A stretch of 64,000 nt of DNA. It comes from Chrysomallon squamiferum. Its lineage: Eukaryota > Animalia > Mollusca. A model generated the notes under the pieces. That model searched no databases. It had not been told where the DNA came from and saw only the letters and a program-made list of their open reading frames with translations. A program made the position numbers and the translations under genes. Of this stretch, positions 1 to 13,610 are shown piece after piece. Location of the stretch: positions 16,058,001 to 16,122,000 of the forward strand of contig CM022666.1 in assembly GCA_012295275.1 (NCBI GenBank). The letters are read 5' to 3'. Every line of letters starts with the position of its first letter. Position 1 is the stretch's first letter.

Positions 1-859
1 ACAACAACAGCAATAAAAAAAAACACAAAAAAAAACACACAACAGGAACAACAGTAACAGCAACAACAACAACGGCAATAACAAAAACAAAAACAAAAAC
101 AAGAGGGACAACAGTAACAGCAGCAACAGCAGCAACAACATCAAAAACAAAAGCAAAAACAACAACAGCAGTAAGACGTAACCGTTTCTGATAGGAAGGA
201 ATATTTCGTGAACAGATATGCACACCATGCACACATTCAAATATACATAAATACACACACATATATAGATACATTAAAAAACAGAATATACACGCTAAAC
301 ACATGTAATGTAATGTTATTTACATTACGTTGTAATAACAAAGCTGGCCCACACATATTTACACAAATTAACCATTTGTTTATTTCTTTTCTTTTTTCTT
401 TCTTTCCTTCTCTCTTTCTTTATTTTGTTCATTCGTCAGATTGTTATGGACCTTTTATTCACGAATCTGGTATATATTTAAATTTTATCATACTTGCGCA
501 TGCGCGTTTAATGTTTATGTACGTTTAAACAACAGGTGACAAAGTGTACCTTAAAATAGACTCTGCCGTAGTTAACTTTTTTTTATTTTTGTTAGTTATA
601 CGCCGGTTTCATTACGTTTTGTTCATTAAATAAACTAAGCATTTCTGAAGTATATCCGCTTTGTTGCCGCTGGAATGTGTTTGAAGAGAGCAGCTCTCAA
701 ATAAAAGTGAATTACCCGCTTAAATTCGTTTTCTTTTTATAGCCGCCATAAGAAGTTCAGCTGTCCGGCTCGTTGCAAAAATTGACTGACAAAAACGAGC
801 GGACTGAACATTTAAAGTGTTCCGTGATACGGCGAACAGTTGGTCCAGTCAAATTGTAT

Positions 860-1540
860 TAGTTCTTAACAGCGCTTAGCAAAATATCTTTTAACTTATA
901 TTAATGTGAAGTTGTATTGACTGGTGATGGTTATTAGCTTTACTTACGTTAAAGTTAAATTATATTAACTATGGATCGTTATTAGCAAAGTACCACTTCT
1001 GACGTTAAAGTCAAACTATTTTAGTTGTGAACAGTGGTTAGCAAAATATATATTTAACCTATGTTAATGTGAAGCTATATTTACTGCGGATGGTTGTTAG
1101 GAAACAGTATTTACTTATGTTAAAGTTAAATTATATTAACTTTGGACTGTCGTTAAGCAAAGTACAGCTACAGATGTAAAATTTAAACTCTATTGGTTCT
1201 TAACAGCACTTAGCAAAATATATTTTAACTTAAGATAACGTCAAACTATATTAATTGTGGGTTGTTATTAGCAAGTAATCTCTACTTACGTCAAAGTTAA
1301 ATATTTCAACTATGGAATGCCATAAGCAAAACATTACTACAGACGTTAAAGTCAAAATATAATAGTGGTTACCAAAATATATTTTAACTTGCGTGAATTT
1401 TAAACTATGTTAACTGTCAACCGTTATTTCTGCTTACGTTAAAACTATATTAACTATGGAAGTCATTAGCAAAGCACTGCTAGTGACATGAAAGTCAAAC
1501 TGTGTTAGTAGTGTATTGTGATTAGCAAGCTAGCTTAACT
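860..1540. repeat. Decayed ~57-bp tandem array with ~165-bp higher-order unit
   Basis: TTAGC/AAGC anchors recur about every 50-60 nt. The TTAGCAAAATA variant recurs at ~876, 1038 and 1210, with a degenerate copy at ~1369. Confidence 0.75.
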
Positions 1541-1882
1541 TAAGTTTCTAGTTTAGTTTCTTGTCATACTCATTCACCTGGCGCTCATGGAAGAAGGATG
1601 CATGAATTCAAGTATTTAGCGGTGATGTACGCGAACATGAAAGGGGCGTGTGTGAACTTGGTTTATGAACTAGTCATAATTCAGCGAGGAATGCGGTTAT
1701 ATATCATATCTGTCGCGCTTGTAAGTTCACTGGGTAAATGTGGGCACCCTTTCCCACAGTCAAAGAATAAAAATACAATAATAGTAACAATAACAACAAT
1801 AACAATAACAACAAAAGAACAAAACAACAAAACAACAAACAAACAAACAACAAAAATAGAAATAATAATGATAATGATGATG

Positions 1883-1960
<78 letters not shown>

Positions 1961-2129
1961 GTGAAAAAAAAAAAAAAAAAAAAACCCAGAAAAAAACAGT
2001 ATTTTGTTATGTCATTTTTTTTGGATATTAGCTTTATCATAAACTCACAATATTTTCACTAGTAAAATTTCTTCCAAAGACTGACTAATAATAATAAGAA
2101 TTAAAAAAAAAAAAAAAAAAAAATTATGT

Positions 2130-2315
2130 AGCTGATGACAGAAAATTAAACAGTGTATATGTGACATACTATAACTGATGACAAAAAAAAAAAAATTAAC
2201 AAATATATTCTAGTGATGTCATTAAACAAATGTCTGACATACAACAGCCTATGACAGAAAAATTAAAAAATACATTCTAGTGATGTCATCAAACAAATAT
2301 TTGACATACAATAAC
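2130..2315. repeat. ~67-bp tandem duplication next to the exon 4 donor
   Basis: ATTCTAGTGATGTCATnAAACAAAT...TGACATACAA at ~2207 and ~2274. Confidence 0.75.
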
Positions 2316-2354
2316 CGAAACGACGTCATCAAATGAAAACAGTAGATTTCTCAC

Positions 2355-2647
2355 CTGCCGCGGGTTCCGATGGATCCTGTTTTCTGGTCGGGACTGCAGT
2401 AGTCCGGAGACTTGGTGTAGTAGACCAGCTCGTCCTCTCGGATCCCGCTCTTGGCTTCGTTGATAGGCACCAGAATCTTCTCTTTCTTGCGCCGCTTCCT
2501 GTGAACCTCCACGGCTAACGAGTACCGGTCTTTCAGCGTCGACCCGATCACCTCGAAGTCGGGCAGCGCCTTCCAGCACGTTTTTATAGAGCACGAGCCA
2601 GAGACGCCATGACACTTGCACGCCGTCGTCAAACTGTCAGTTACAAT
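2355..2647 (-). CDS. Wnt11: Wnt11-like, coding exon 4 (last exon in window; gene continues past base 1)
   Basis: Acceptor TTTCAG, then IVTDSLTTACKCHGVSGSCSIKTCWKAL...ELVYYTKSPDYC...GSIGTRG-AG, then donor GTGAGA. Contains the Wnt signature CKCHGxSGSC with the lipidated Ser. SGSCSIKTCWK and KWLAL favour Wnt11 over Wnt4 (comparison from memory). 293 nt, phase 0 to phase 2. Confidence 0.96.
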
Positions 2648-2650
2648 CTG

Positions 2651-2669
2651 AAATAAATACATAAATACA

Positions 2670-2700
<31 letters not shown>

Positions 2701-3022
2701 ACATAAAACAAACAAATAAATAAATAAATAAATAAACAAACAAATAAATAAATAAACAAATAAACAAACAAATAAATAAATAAATAAACAAACAAACAAA
2801 CAAATAAATAAATAAATAAACAAATAAATAAATAAATAAACAAACAAACAAATAAACAAACAAACAAACAAACAAATAAATAAATAAATAAACAAACAAA
2901 CAAACAAATAAATAAATAAATAAACTAACAAATAAGTAGATAAATAAAACAAGTAAAACAAACAAACAAAGAAACAAACGAATAAACAAATAAATGAATA
3001 AAGAAATAAATAAATAAACAAA

Positions 3023-3054
<32 letters not shown>

Positions 3055-3072
3055 AAAAAAATAAAAAATAAG

Positions 3073-3107
<35 letters not shown>

Positions 3108-3115
3108 GCAAACAA
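2651..3115. repeat. (TAAA/CAAA)n microsatellite abutting the exon 4 acceptor
   Basis: Directly visible. It causes the FIYL-rich ORFs. Confidence 0.95.
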
Positions 3116-3425
3116 GTAAATTAAGAAAACGGAACAATTTCGTTACTCTAAATATTTGCTACTCTTACCAATAATAACAAATACTAATTTCAATGTATAT
3201 TTTCTTGAATAGGAAAACATAAAAGTTACAACTATCACATTCTTTGACAAAAACAAATGTAGAAATGATGAAAAATGAAAAAAAAAAATGAAGAAGAAAA
3301 AAGAAAGAAAAGAAAACCAAGAAGGTTCACTCTGAAGAACTGAATCTACAGCTTGAACTCTTCAGATAAACTACACATTTCTCTAAACACCTCAACATCG
3401 AGGTTTTTTTTACAAGCATTTGATA

Positions 3426-3507
<82 letters not shown>

Positions 3508-3509
3508 TT

Positions 3510-3543
<34 letters not shown>

Positions 3544-4354
3544 TAAATTAAATAAATAAATAAATAAATATTAAATTTCAAACGCTGTTAGATCTATTCG
3601 AATATGCGAGCGTGCATTAAGTTTCATACATGAAGTAATTTCACATTTATCAAGCAGTGTTACGGTCATACCTAGTTTACCTCACTTAGTAACGTAAAAT
3701 CTGGTTTTCTGATGAATTTTAAACAGTTTTGAAAGTTATGATCTGCATTTCGATATTAACTAAGGATTATTTTCAAGTTTTAAGTTGCCGCACGCCTAAC
3801 AGCCGGTAAGAAATGAAATCAGTAGAAGACCACGCAATTTATATTTGCAGAAAAGAAATAAGAAAACGTTAGATTTTGTTGTCGTTGTCGTCGTTGGTAT
3901 TATCATCATCATAATCATCACCAACATCATCATTATCGATATTATTATCATTAATTTTATTATTATTTTTGTTGCTGTTGTTGATGATGATGTTATTGTT
4001 ATTATGTCATTTTGTTTCTTAATATTGTTGCTTTCTTCTTCTTATTATTTTTATTATTAAAATTTATTTATCAAAGTAAGACACACACACACAGACATAC
4101 AGACATGTAATAAATATAATACATATACTGATACTTTGTAAAGCTGCAGAACATTAGCTTGTTATAACAAGTACAATTTAATAAATAAAAAAATCCCTAC
4201 TTATTATTCAAATTAAAATTTCTATTATATACGATATTTTACTTTACGATAAATATATCATTTTAACCCACAACGCGATGGAAGTAGATTAAAAGAAAGC
4301 ATTATTCAAAATGTGTTTTGCTTTTTCGTTTTTAGTCTTTATTCTTTTTCTTTT

Positions 4355-4394
<40 letters not shown>

Positions 4395-4989
4395 TGTAAA
4401 ATAATATAATTACTGTTTTCACAGGTGCTGTGATAAATCTAACCCTAGAAGATAAAGTTTATTTAATTTTCCTGTACATATCACACAGAGCAATTTCTCA
4501 AACATCGCCATCTTGTTTTACATCAGTGGTTGTAAATATGGTCGCAGCACAGAAGTTTCTTTGATTTGTCGGATTTATTACCGGCAATAAATTTCAGATA
4601 TCTCCGATAAACAGCAAGCAAAACATGAAATCTCAAAGCAAATGGAAAAAAAAAAATATATATATATATATAAAACAAATTTTCAAATATTTGAAAGCGG
4701 TCATTGTTTGAATTCGGGCGGGCTACCCAAGCATGTATCTGAGTGAATGAATTTCGTGAGGAATTTGATTTAAACAGCACCATGTCACTGTTAGAAAGTC
4801 AGCAACACTGACTTGTGGTCAAGCATTTCGCATGAGGTCTGACAGAGCACGGGATCAAATATTAATTCAGGATTAAATCCAGATTTGGCGAAGGTTTATT
4901 TTTATTTTTATTGAGGTCATCGATTTGTTATTGTTGTTGTTGTGGTTGTTGTTCTTTTTCTTCTTCTTAATTTATAATGCTGAATAAAA

Positions 4990-5050
4990 AACGAAACTCA
5001 CTGCCTCTATAGCATAGCTTAGCCACAATAGTTTGTATGCACCAACCTAC
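4990..5050 (-). mobile_element. Short degraded SINE central-domain fragment
   Basis: GTTTGTATGCACCAACCTAC resembles the other copies (24721-24825, 40451-40550) and a molluscan tRNA-SINE core recalled from memory. Confidence 0.35.
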
Positions 5051-5230
5051 TGATCTGAAACCAGTATTCTGAGTTTAATAAATAAAATATAGCAATACAG
5101 GTAAAACAAAATCTCTAATTATAATAACAACAACAACGGCAGCAACTATAACAACAACAACAACAACAATAATAATAAAAATAAAAATAATAATAATAAT
5201 AACAATAATAATAATAATAATAAAAGTAAA

Positions 5231-5292
<62 letters not shown>

Positions 5293-5928
5293 TAATTCTT
5301 TCAAAACCTGACTGTAAAGTTTTGGTTTCGTGAATCCTCGGTGTCTGAATCAGAGCGGTTTTCACGTAGGGCGCGGTGTAATTAATTGACATGGATCCAT
5401 GTTCTGGGATTAACATGATAGATATCTGTGTTATTACTCGGTATTACATACAACACGAGATCTATCTTGTTTATTACATGATGGATAATTACCACCACGT
5501 CAGATACGAAAACTACCACGTCGTCGATGACAGTCGGAGATACACGAGTCATACCGAGTGAACCATGAGCGGAACACGTCGGCGACGGCGCGCTGAAAGA
5601 ATGGAGTCGTTGTTCGAGAAACTACCACGTAGGTCCCTTCGTCTGGTGACGTAATAATTAGGCTCTGTGCCAGCGCGAGACACGTGCCAGTCGAAGATTA
5701 CGAGACAAAGACGAGAAGGTAATTTGTCAAAGGCGGCTGCTGGTTTGTGATTAAATTAAAGGGAAAGAATGGCCACCTCGACTTGGATTAGTTCGCGGAG
5801 GTTATCTGCGGAGATAATCTGTCGAGGATTATTGTTGTTAGGACTAGTGGAGGTTTCTAACCTGACTTTGTTCACACTCGTGTAATCTTGTCTTCAAAAC
5901 ACAAATATGTTGAAAAGCTCCCCCCCCC

Positions 5929-5981
<53 letters not shown>

Positions 5982-7005
5982 ATAATAATAATAATAATAA
6001 AAGAAAGATACAAAGGAAAAAGAAAAAAGGAAAATGGAAAAAAAAAAAAAAAAAGAGTTAATATGAGAGTTTTTAGAGCAATAGATATTGTAATGTAATA
6101 TACGAATACTTCACTTTTCTTCATTGTAACTAATCTTCTAACATACTAACATAAACTGTTTTCTCTTCTTAAATTTCTACCATACTAACATTACATTCTC
6201 TTATCTTTTTAAAAAAAAAAAAAAAAAAAAAAATTCCAAAACATAAAAAATTCCTTCAATCTCTTTCAGTACCACAGAACACGGTTTTTTAAATAATAAT
6301 AAAATAACAACAGTAGCAGCAACATCATCAACGACAACAACAACGCCAATTATACAACAATAATAATATTAGAATTTTTAAAAGTCATATTAATAATAAT
6401 AATAATAATAATAGTAATAATAACAATAATAATAACAATAATAAAAACAAAAATATCAGAATTTTAAAAGTCATAATGATAATATTTCAAGTATGCAAGT
6501 TAAACGCTGTGTCAGACCTCCACTACGTTACCCTTGGAAACAAACCACATCAGATTTAAATTTATCTTTTTCAGTTTTTTTCTCTCTTGTTTCTTGTTTA
6601 TGTATGTGTACCGATATTTCCGTTTGTCTGAGCGTTTTGTTATCACCCGGACTCGCACACCGCGAAATCTGCAGAATATCTTTAAACTGTTGTTAACCAC
6701 TTTGAGATTCGTTTGCCTGTGAACTGGTCGTATCGGCTGATACATCTGCAGATACGTGACTCGATGTAACCCAACACTTGCTCCAGTCATACTGAACATT
6801 CCCAGAAATCTGACAACCGTTCTCAGTGAGCAGAATACGCTCGTGTGTGTCTTTCTGTTTGTTTGTTGTTGTTGCTAGTATTTTTACAGAAATGAGATGA
6901 TAGTGATCTTCTCCATGTACAAATACATACGAACATGAATACAAATAGGAAGTTACACATAGCTTTTGTGTCCGTGTGAGTATGTATGTTAATGTAACAT
7001 ATTTA

Positions 7006-7009
<4 letters not shown>

Positions 7010-7096
<87 letters not shown>
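7010..7096. repeat. (AG)n microsatellite
   Basis: Directly visible. Further (AG)n tracts at ~15305-15460, 28833-28910, 36585-36672, 42008-42073 and 53995-54078. Confidence 0.97.
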
Positions 7097-7098
<2 letters not shown>

Positions 7099-9502
7099 TG
7101 ATGGATAACAGCAAGAGAGAGATATGAAGAAATCGTAATGACATGTTTATCATTACATAATGTACACTAGCTAATTTAGAAGTAATTATAAATCATTAAC
7201 AGTATCGTGTCATCAGAAGCTGGTTTCAGACTCACATTGCTGACATTCTGCTGCTAATTTGCTCTTGTTAAAATGGAAACTGCAACTGGTGCGTGGGGCA
7301 ATAACTTAGAAGCATGCTTCATAACGAGGCGATGCATTGAGAGATAAGGAGCGGAATACTGCCAGTGAACGCAACCGTGTCGGATTTACAAGTCTGTCGT
7401 TGTCAGGGAACTCCAACAACAGCGCCGACGATGTCTCTTAGTCCGCCTTCTTCATTAGATGCTAAATTGTTTGCGTTTTTACTTTCGACACGTCCGCATC
7501 GGGTGTCAACCTGTTGCCAACCCGAGCCGAACCCGAGACGGTGCAGGCGGCATTCCATCGCAATCCATTAACTAGGAGAACTATTAGCTGCAGTTTGACG
7601 CAGTACGAAGCTTACAACGTGTTCCTGCGTCTCAGTGGAGCTGTGAAAGTCTCGTCAGCTTTGTGATACGAGTTTAGACATTAAGGCCAACATCATCCAC
7701 CTTAGTTTTTGTGGCATTAGTATTGTGACTGTACAGTCGACTTTATGACTGTACCGCAGTTGTTATGGTCCTTCTGTAGGTCTTGTCTTTGTGTCAACAG
7801 CTTTATGCTGTACAGTAGTCTTTACGTCTGTCATTAGAACTGTAAAATCGACTTCATTAACTAAATTTTCGATACGTCCGTGAATTTAACTTTCAGTATT
7901 TTAACCAAACTTCCAAAACAGTAAAAGCTAATAATTATAATGTTGTTTTCTTTTTATAGAGTAACGATATACAAACCACAAAAGTATTGAAATCCTTTCA
8001 GTCGTTGTTTATTATAGAACAAGTAAGGACAAACAGACAAGAATAAATAGCCATCAGTCGGTATGAAGTAAAATGTTATATACCTTTCTTCAGTTTATTC
8101 TATAACCTATTTCCAATGTTCAGATAAAGTAGCGAAGGCGATGCAATAGGCGAATATGCCAATAAGCCACTGTCTGTCTGTGTGTGTGTGTGTGTGTGTA
8201 TGTATGTGTGCGTTTTCCAAAAATGTAACTTTTCTTTCTTTGAATGATTTTGTTGTATATACGACAACAGTTGCATTATTATTATCATTCAGTCTTCTTT
8301 TCTTTTTTTTTTTTTTTTGTCTTCTTTTTTTTTACAAAATGTTTATCTTGTTTGTCTGTAGCTATGTGCGTGTGTACTCACTGAATTCCTAGCTGGGTCG
8401 TGACTCCTGACAAACAAATGGGTTGTTGTGATAAACAAAGAGGTAGATTTAAGAGATAGCGAGTGAAGACTGTACTAAAATGTGGGTGAAGGAAGTGACG
8501 TATACACGAGTTATCTCAAAACACTCATCTACAGCTCTGTGAACGCAAACTTAAAAATATCTGTCAGTTGATGGGTGTGTGCAGAGAACAGTTTTGAAGA
8601 AAAAAAAGAAAAAAAAAAAAAAAAAAAAAACACTCGAAAATAAAAATAAAATAAAATAAAATAAATAAATAAATACATTTTATGTGTGTTAATTACGTGT
8701 CGGTTTTAGACTTATTTGTAATATGTATCAGTTTGTCACAGACAATTTGTTTTAAATAAAAAAATGTTATCTTGTTTAAAGATATTCGCTTCAACTTTTT
8801 AAATTTTATTTGTGTTTATTTATTTTTTGTCATTATTTTTTTTAAAATAAATTATGAAAGCTACGGTCGTAAGGACAAGCATTTGTCGAGCAATCTCGCC
8901 ATAATAATTTTCTTTCTTTTTTTTTTTTTTTTTTTCTTTTCTTTTACCTCTTTCTAAATCTTTTTTTTTTTTTTTTTTTTTAAAATATGTCTTGTCGTCG
9001 TTGAAGAGTTATTTGCCCATGTAACCCCAACGTGGCGCCAAGTAATGAAGGTAACGTTTGAAGCGAGCAGACGCTATGTGTGACGTGTAATTTCTCGTTT
9101 TTCTCACTCGTGTATCTCGCGTGATCAGACGAGACTTTTCGATAGCGCGTGAGATACGTGGTCGTCTGGTGAAGCGCGCTGCTATCTGGATCCCAGGCAG
9201 ACATTTTCCAACATCAGAGAAACCCTGGTCTATTTTAAAAAAAACAAAAAAAACACACTGGCTCGCGCATTCCACGTGCGTTTTGAACATGTGTTGTGTG
9301 ACTATTTGAACGTTTCTTGTCTTCGTAAACCGAGAATGTCTAATGTCATATTTTCTTCCATTTTGTTTTTCTTTTCGATCGTTTACGTTTTTAATTTTTT
9401 TTTTTTTATTCTTTTCTTTGTTTTTCATGTCTTCTTTTTTTTTTTTTTCTCTTTTTAAATTAAAAAAAAAATACTTATACTTTTTACTCTGTTTATTTTT
9501 TT

Positions 9503-9573
<71 letters not shown>

Positions 9574-10796
9574 AAAACATTCTCGCTTGCTTTGGGTTTT
9601 CATTACAACGGCTTGTTACAACAAGGGTGTGTTTGGTACACACTAATTCATTTTTTTTCGTTCTGATTTACTGGGTAACAGAGGAAAACGAGCCCTGTTC
9701 TTAGACACAACACTGCAGTTCCATTATTCACAGCCTGCGTGAAATAAAACTATTTAAACTGTCTGCTAACTTGCTGCGTCGCGCGAGTGGTAACCAGTGC
9801 AACAATTGTGCAATCAAAAAAAAAAAACACTGCAGAGGAAAGGAGTGCAAAATCGTATTCTTCTGTCACAATCACAGACAAGATGTAAATTAAATGTAAG
9901 TTGTATAAATATTCATCCCTGACAAATAAAAGATATTAGAAACTTGTATTTGAGTTTTTATGTTTAACAGATGCTGTTTCGAGAACAAATTTCAACGATT
10001 TGCATGCCGTTTGCATTAGTTGATTTATTTAATATTTTATTTTTATTACATTTTTTTTTAAAAATTTAAAATTTATTTTCTTTAATTTTTACTTTTATAT
10101 TTTTACTTTTTGTTGAGAGGTGTGATTTGACGTAGTCGGTTCTAAAAATAGATTATATGTGTAGAACCTCTTATGTTTCTGTGAAATAAAATTTGGTTCA
10201 AGTATCTTACACATTTTCAAACAACTATTCAGAAATATGAAGATGTTCTTAAACGAAAAAAAATGTCAAGAATTTGCTAATTTTGAAGACGGATCTCAAA
10301 AATAGAAAACATATTCTAATTCTAACTCAAGTACACTTAAAGGAATTTACTAGAAAATTCGTTTATCACTTCAAAGTACTAAGCTTTATTTGCGTCATTT
10401 ATTAATGACGTCATTTGTATCTCGTGACAACGTACAATGGCGATGTGTCAGATTTGTTTCAGACTTTTAATTAAGAATTACGAGAGGCGTTCTGGACTTG
10501 ATTCAAAGCAAGAAACATGTAGAGAGAGAGAGAAAAAACACAGGAATTCATCAACGACGCTGATTTATGATTAAAGAAAAAAAAGTCTACACGAAACGTT
10601 AATTAACTCGTATCTGATTTAACTACAGGTGGAAACGTAAATTAACTTAATAACTCAGTCTACATAGGTTTCACTTAACCAAACATGCTCAAGGTAAAAA
10701 TCTCGACTTTTTAGTATCATAGAATTTTTTTATTTCATTTTTGTAGTTGTCTGTTGTGAATACATGTACACACAATTCTATTATGTCTTCGCGTTA

Positions 10797-10799
<3 letters not shown>

Positions 10800-10888
<89 letters not shown>
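10800..10888. repeat. (CT)n microsatellite
   Basis: Directly visible. Further (CT)n tracts at ~9505-9570, 18466-18547, 19766-19860, 20263-20348, 40372-40434 and 54607-54690. Confidence 0.97.
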
Positions 10889-10892
<4 letters not shown>

Positions 10893-11746
10893 CTGTCTGT
10901 CAAATCCCATTGTATCATTTTAATTACTAAGCTTTTTTGTCTGTATTTAGATTTGAGAGAGAGATTAAAACAATTATATATCTATATTTTATGTTGTTAT
11001 TATAAACTGTCTAAATTGAATCTAAACATTATCAGCTCCTTTAGGTATGTTAATGTCGCAATCAACCGTTACTCAATACTAGAACACACACACACAGACA
11101 GACGCACACAGACAGACACACACACACAACCACATACAAACACACACATACGCACCATAAAAACACAAAACAGAAACAAACAACAAAACGCACCAGAACT
11201 TATAATTACTTTTGCTTGATCCCTTCTCTCTCTGATACACACCACAGCATTACATATCATCCTGCATTATAATATTATACAGCATACCTTCGTTTCGGTT
11301 GAAATTTCAGACCAAATTTTAATGAATCAGAAACACTCGGAAAGTGCATGCTGGGACGGCATGTTAAACCAATCAAAAAGTAAAAGGAATCTCGCTCTGT
11401 ACTTTGCGCTGTGTTTCTGGACGAAACCAGACAACATGGCTATAAAATGCTCCATAAAGTGCGACTGCCAGCGAGATAATAAATAGCCAAAACAGAGCCT
11501 GCGCTGCGCACATGCGCTGTGCCGAGCTTCGCAAATCAAGAGAAATAAACATAATGGCTTTTCTCGATCTAACGACGTCGGGGGAAGGCAGTAAAACGGA
11601 CTATTACACCGACGTAGACGATTCAGTGTTCACAGAAAGTGATAGTTTGTGTTATGTCTCTACATGCTTGTAATGACTATAACAGCTCCGTGTTCTGATC
11701 GCAATTATTGACGTAACTGTTGATTAGTTTTCTAATTACTAGTACA

Positions 11747-11790
<44 letters not shown>

Positions 11791-12049
11791 TACGTGTATA
11801 TATTCTGTATGTATTTATGTAGACCGTGTGAATATCGTTATAAGTATATGTATGTATGTATGAACACAAAATAATTATAAAAAATTAAAATAAAATAGAA
11901 TAATAAAAAAAAAAATAAAAAAATAAGAAATAAAGAAACTTACTACTTACTAAACTGAATATATAAATAAACAAACAAATAAATAACGAAACAAACAAAC
12001 AAATAAACAGATAAATAAATAAACAAATAGATAAATAAGACAAACTCAC

Positions 12050-12333
12050 CCTTCTTCCAGCTCTGAAGTTGTGTTTGTTTGTCAGGGCTCGTTTAGACGT
12101 TTTAGGTTTTCCTTTCTTCGACGTCAGCACCGCCTCTGTGAACACTTTGGCGAAGAAGAGGCCGAAGTGGACGTCGTCGCCACAGCCGCCCCACTTGAAG
12201 CCGTTGCTGGGCGTGGAGCTGGGCAGGGCGCCGCAGCTGCACTTCGTCGTCACGCCGATGCTGCACGCACGTGCGATGGAGTGAACCAAGGCCGCCGACG
12301 CAATGGCGTACACGTAGGACTGTTCACGTGTTC
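12050..12333 (-). CDS. Wnt11: Wnt11-like, coding exon 3
   Basis: Acceptor TTCTCAG, then (G)TREQSYVYAIASAALVHSIARACSIGVTTKCSCG...FKWGGCGDD...HNFRAGRR, then donor GTGAGT. Contains Wnt motifs GTRE, ARAC, WGGC and HN. 284 nt, phase 1 to phase 0. Confidence 0.96.
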
Positions 12334-12348
12334 CTGAGAATTAAAATA

Positions 12349-12600
<252 letters not shown>

Positions 12601-13571
12601 AAATAAGAAACAATTATAATAAAAAAAAATATTATTTTTATTTATTTATTTATTTATTTATTTTTATAAAATTTTTTTTTATAGAAGTGAATACCTTATA
12701 GATATCGTTTTGAAAACAGTTAATTCATTTTGAAGTAAAGACTCACGTACGAAAGTGGATATGATGATATACAATATAAACCAGAATATAAAGTACAACA
12801 GATATATTTCCCTGTCTCACACTGAGGTGAAAGTTACATAGGATGTAGTGTGAACTAATTGTTTCCTAAGTTAAACAGCAACTACGTTATCAGCCAGATA
12901 ACCACGCAATGTTCAGACCACTGGCTGGAACGGTAAAAACAGATTGAAAACGAAAACAGACTTTATTTGTTAACCTGGACAGAAAATTTCGTTAACGTCA
13001 CCATTTTGATAGTTCAATCATTTTGTTTGGATTACTCGCAGTTTTAGGAAGAAATATCAGTTTGTAGAAAAAAAAATCAATAAAAAAAAAAAATCGTCTG
13101 TTCTCCTATTTTATTAGTTGACCCCAGTCCTAAAAATATCTAAAAAAAAATTATATCGTAGACAAACCGTAACTGGATCTGTGGTTGTTGTTGCTAATGG
13201 TTACAAGAATACAGACTGATAGAACTGCAGGTTTTAAAAGAATCATTAATCTATTTCAGTGAGGGGAGATAATTTGTAACTGCCAGTGATCGCGGAACCT
13301 GCTCCCCGCCTCACTACTTTCACTTGGTCGTTTTGCTCTTACAAGTGAGTTGTAGCTTATCTACGTGTTCTAGTTCGATAGTTTGATTTTACACACATAC
13401 ACATTCACACACGTACTCAACACGCACACGCACATATACACCCCATACACACAGAAAGACATGTATGCTAAGTACATATATACACATGTACATACAGACA
13501 ACTATATAAACTCAGTTCCGTATCATTCTCTCTGTGTGTCTCTCTCCCTGTCCCACCTATCTGTCTGTCTT

Positions 13572-13610
<39 letters not shown>

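Larger units (their letters stand above)
1..2354 (-). other. Intron 4 (partial, runs off the window)
   Basis: GTGAGA donor after GTRG-AG. I found no CCGRG/C-terminal Wnt cysteine exon in 1-2354. Confidence 0.8.
2648..12049 (-). other. Intron 3 (9,402 nt, phase 0)
   Basis: GTGAGT...CAG; joins AGRR to IVTDSL. Confidence 0.94.

Noticed and set aside
1681-1770. CGKG motif as the missing last Wnt exon
   Set aside because: Lacks CC-GRG and the downstream cysteine spacing (CxCxFxWCCxVxC).
2648-3137. Long FIYL-rich ORFs, including the N-terminal part of ORF 2351-3115
   Set aside because: Translation of the (TTTA)n microsatellite. Only 2355-2647 is exon.
12069-12337. Plus-strand ORFs over exon 3 (and 2333-2518 over exon 4)
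   Set aside because: Antisense shadows of GC-rich Wnt codons.
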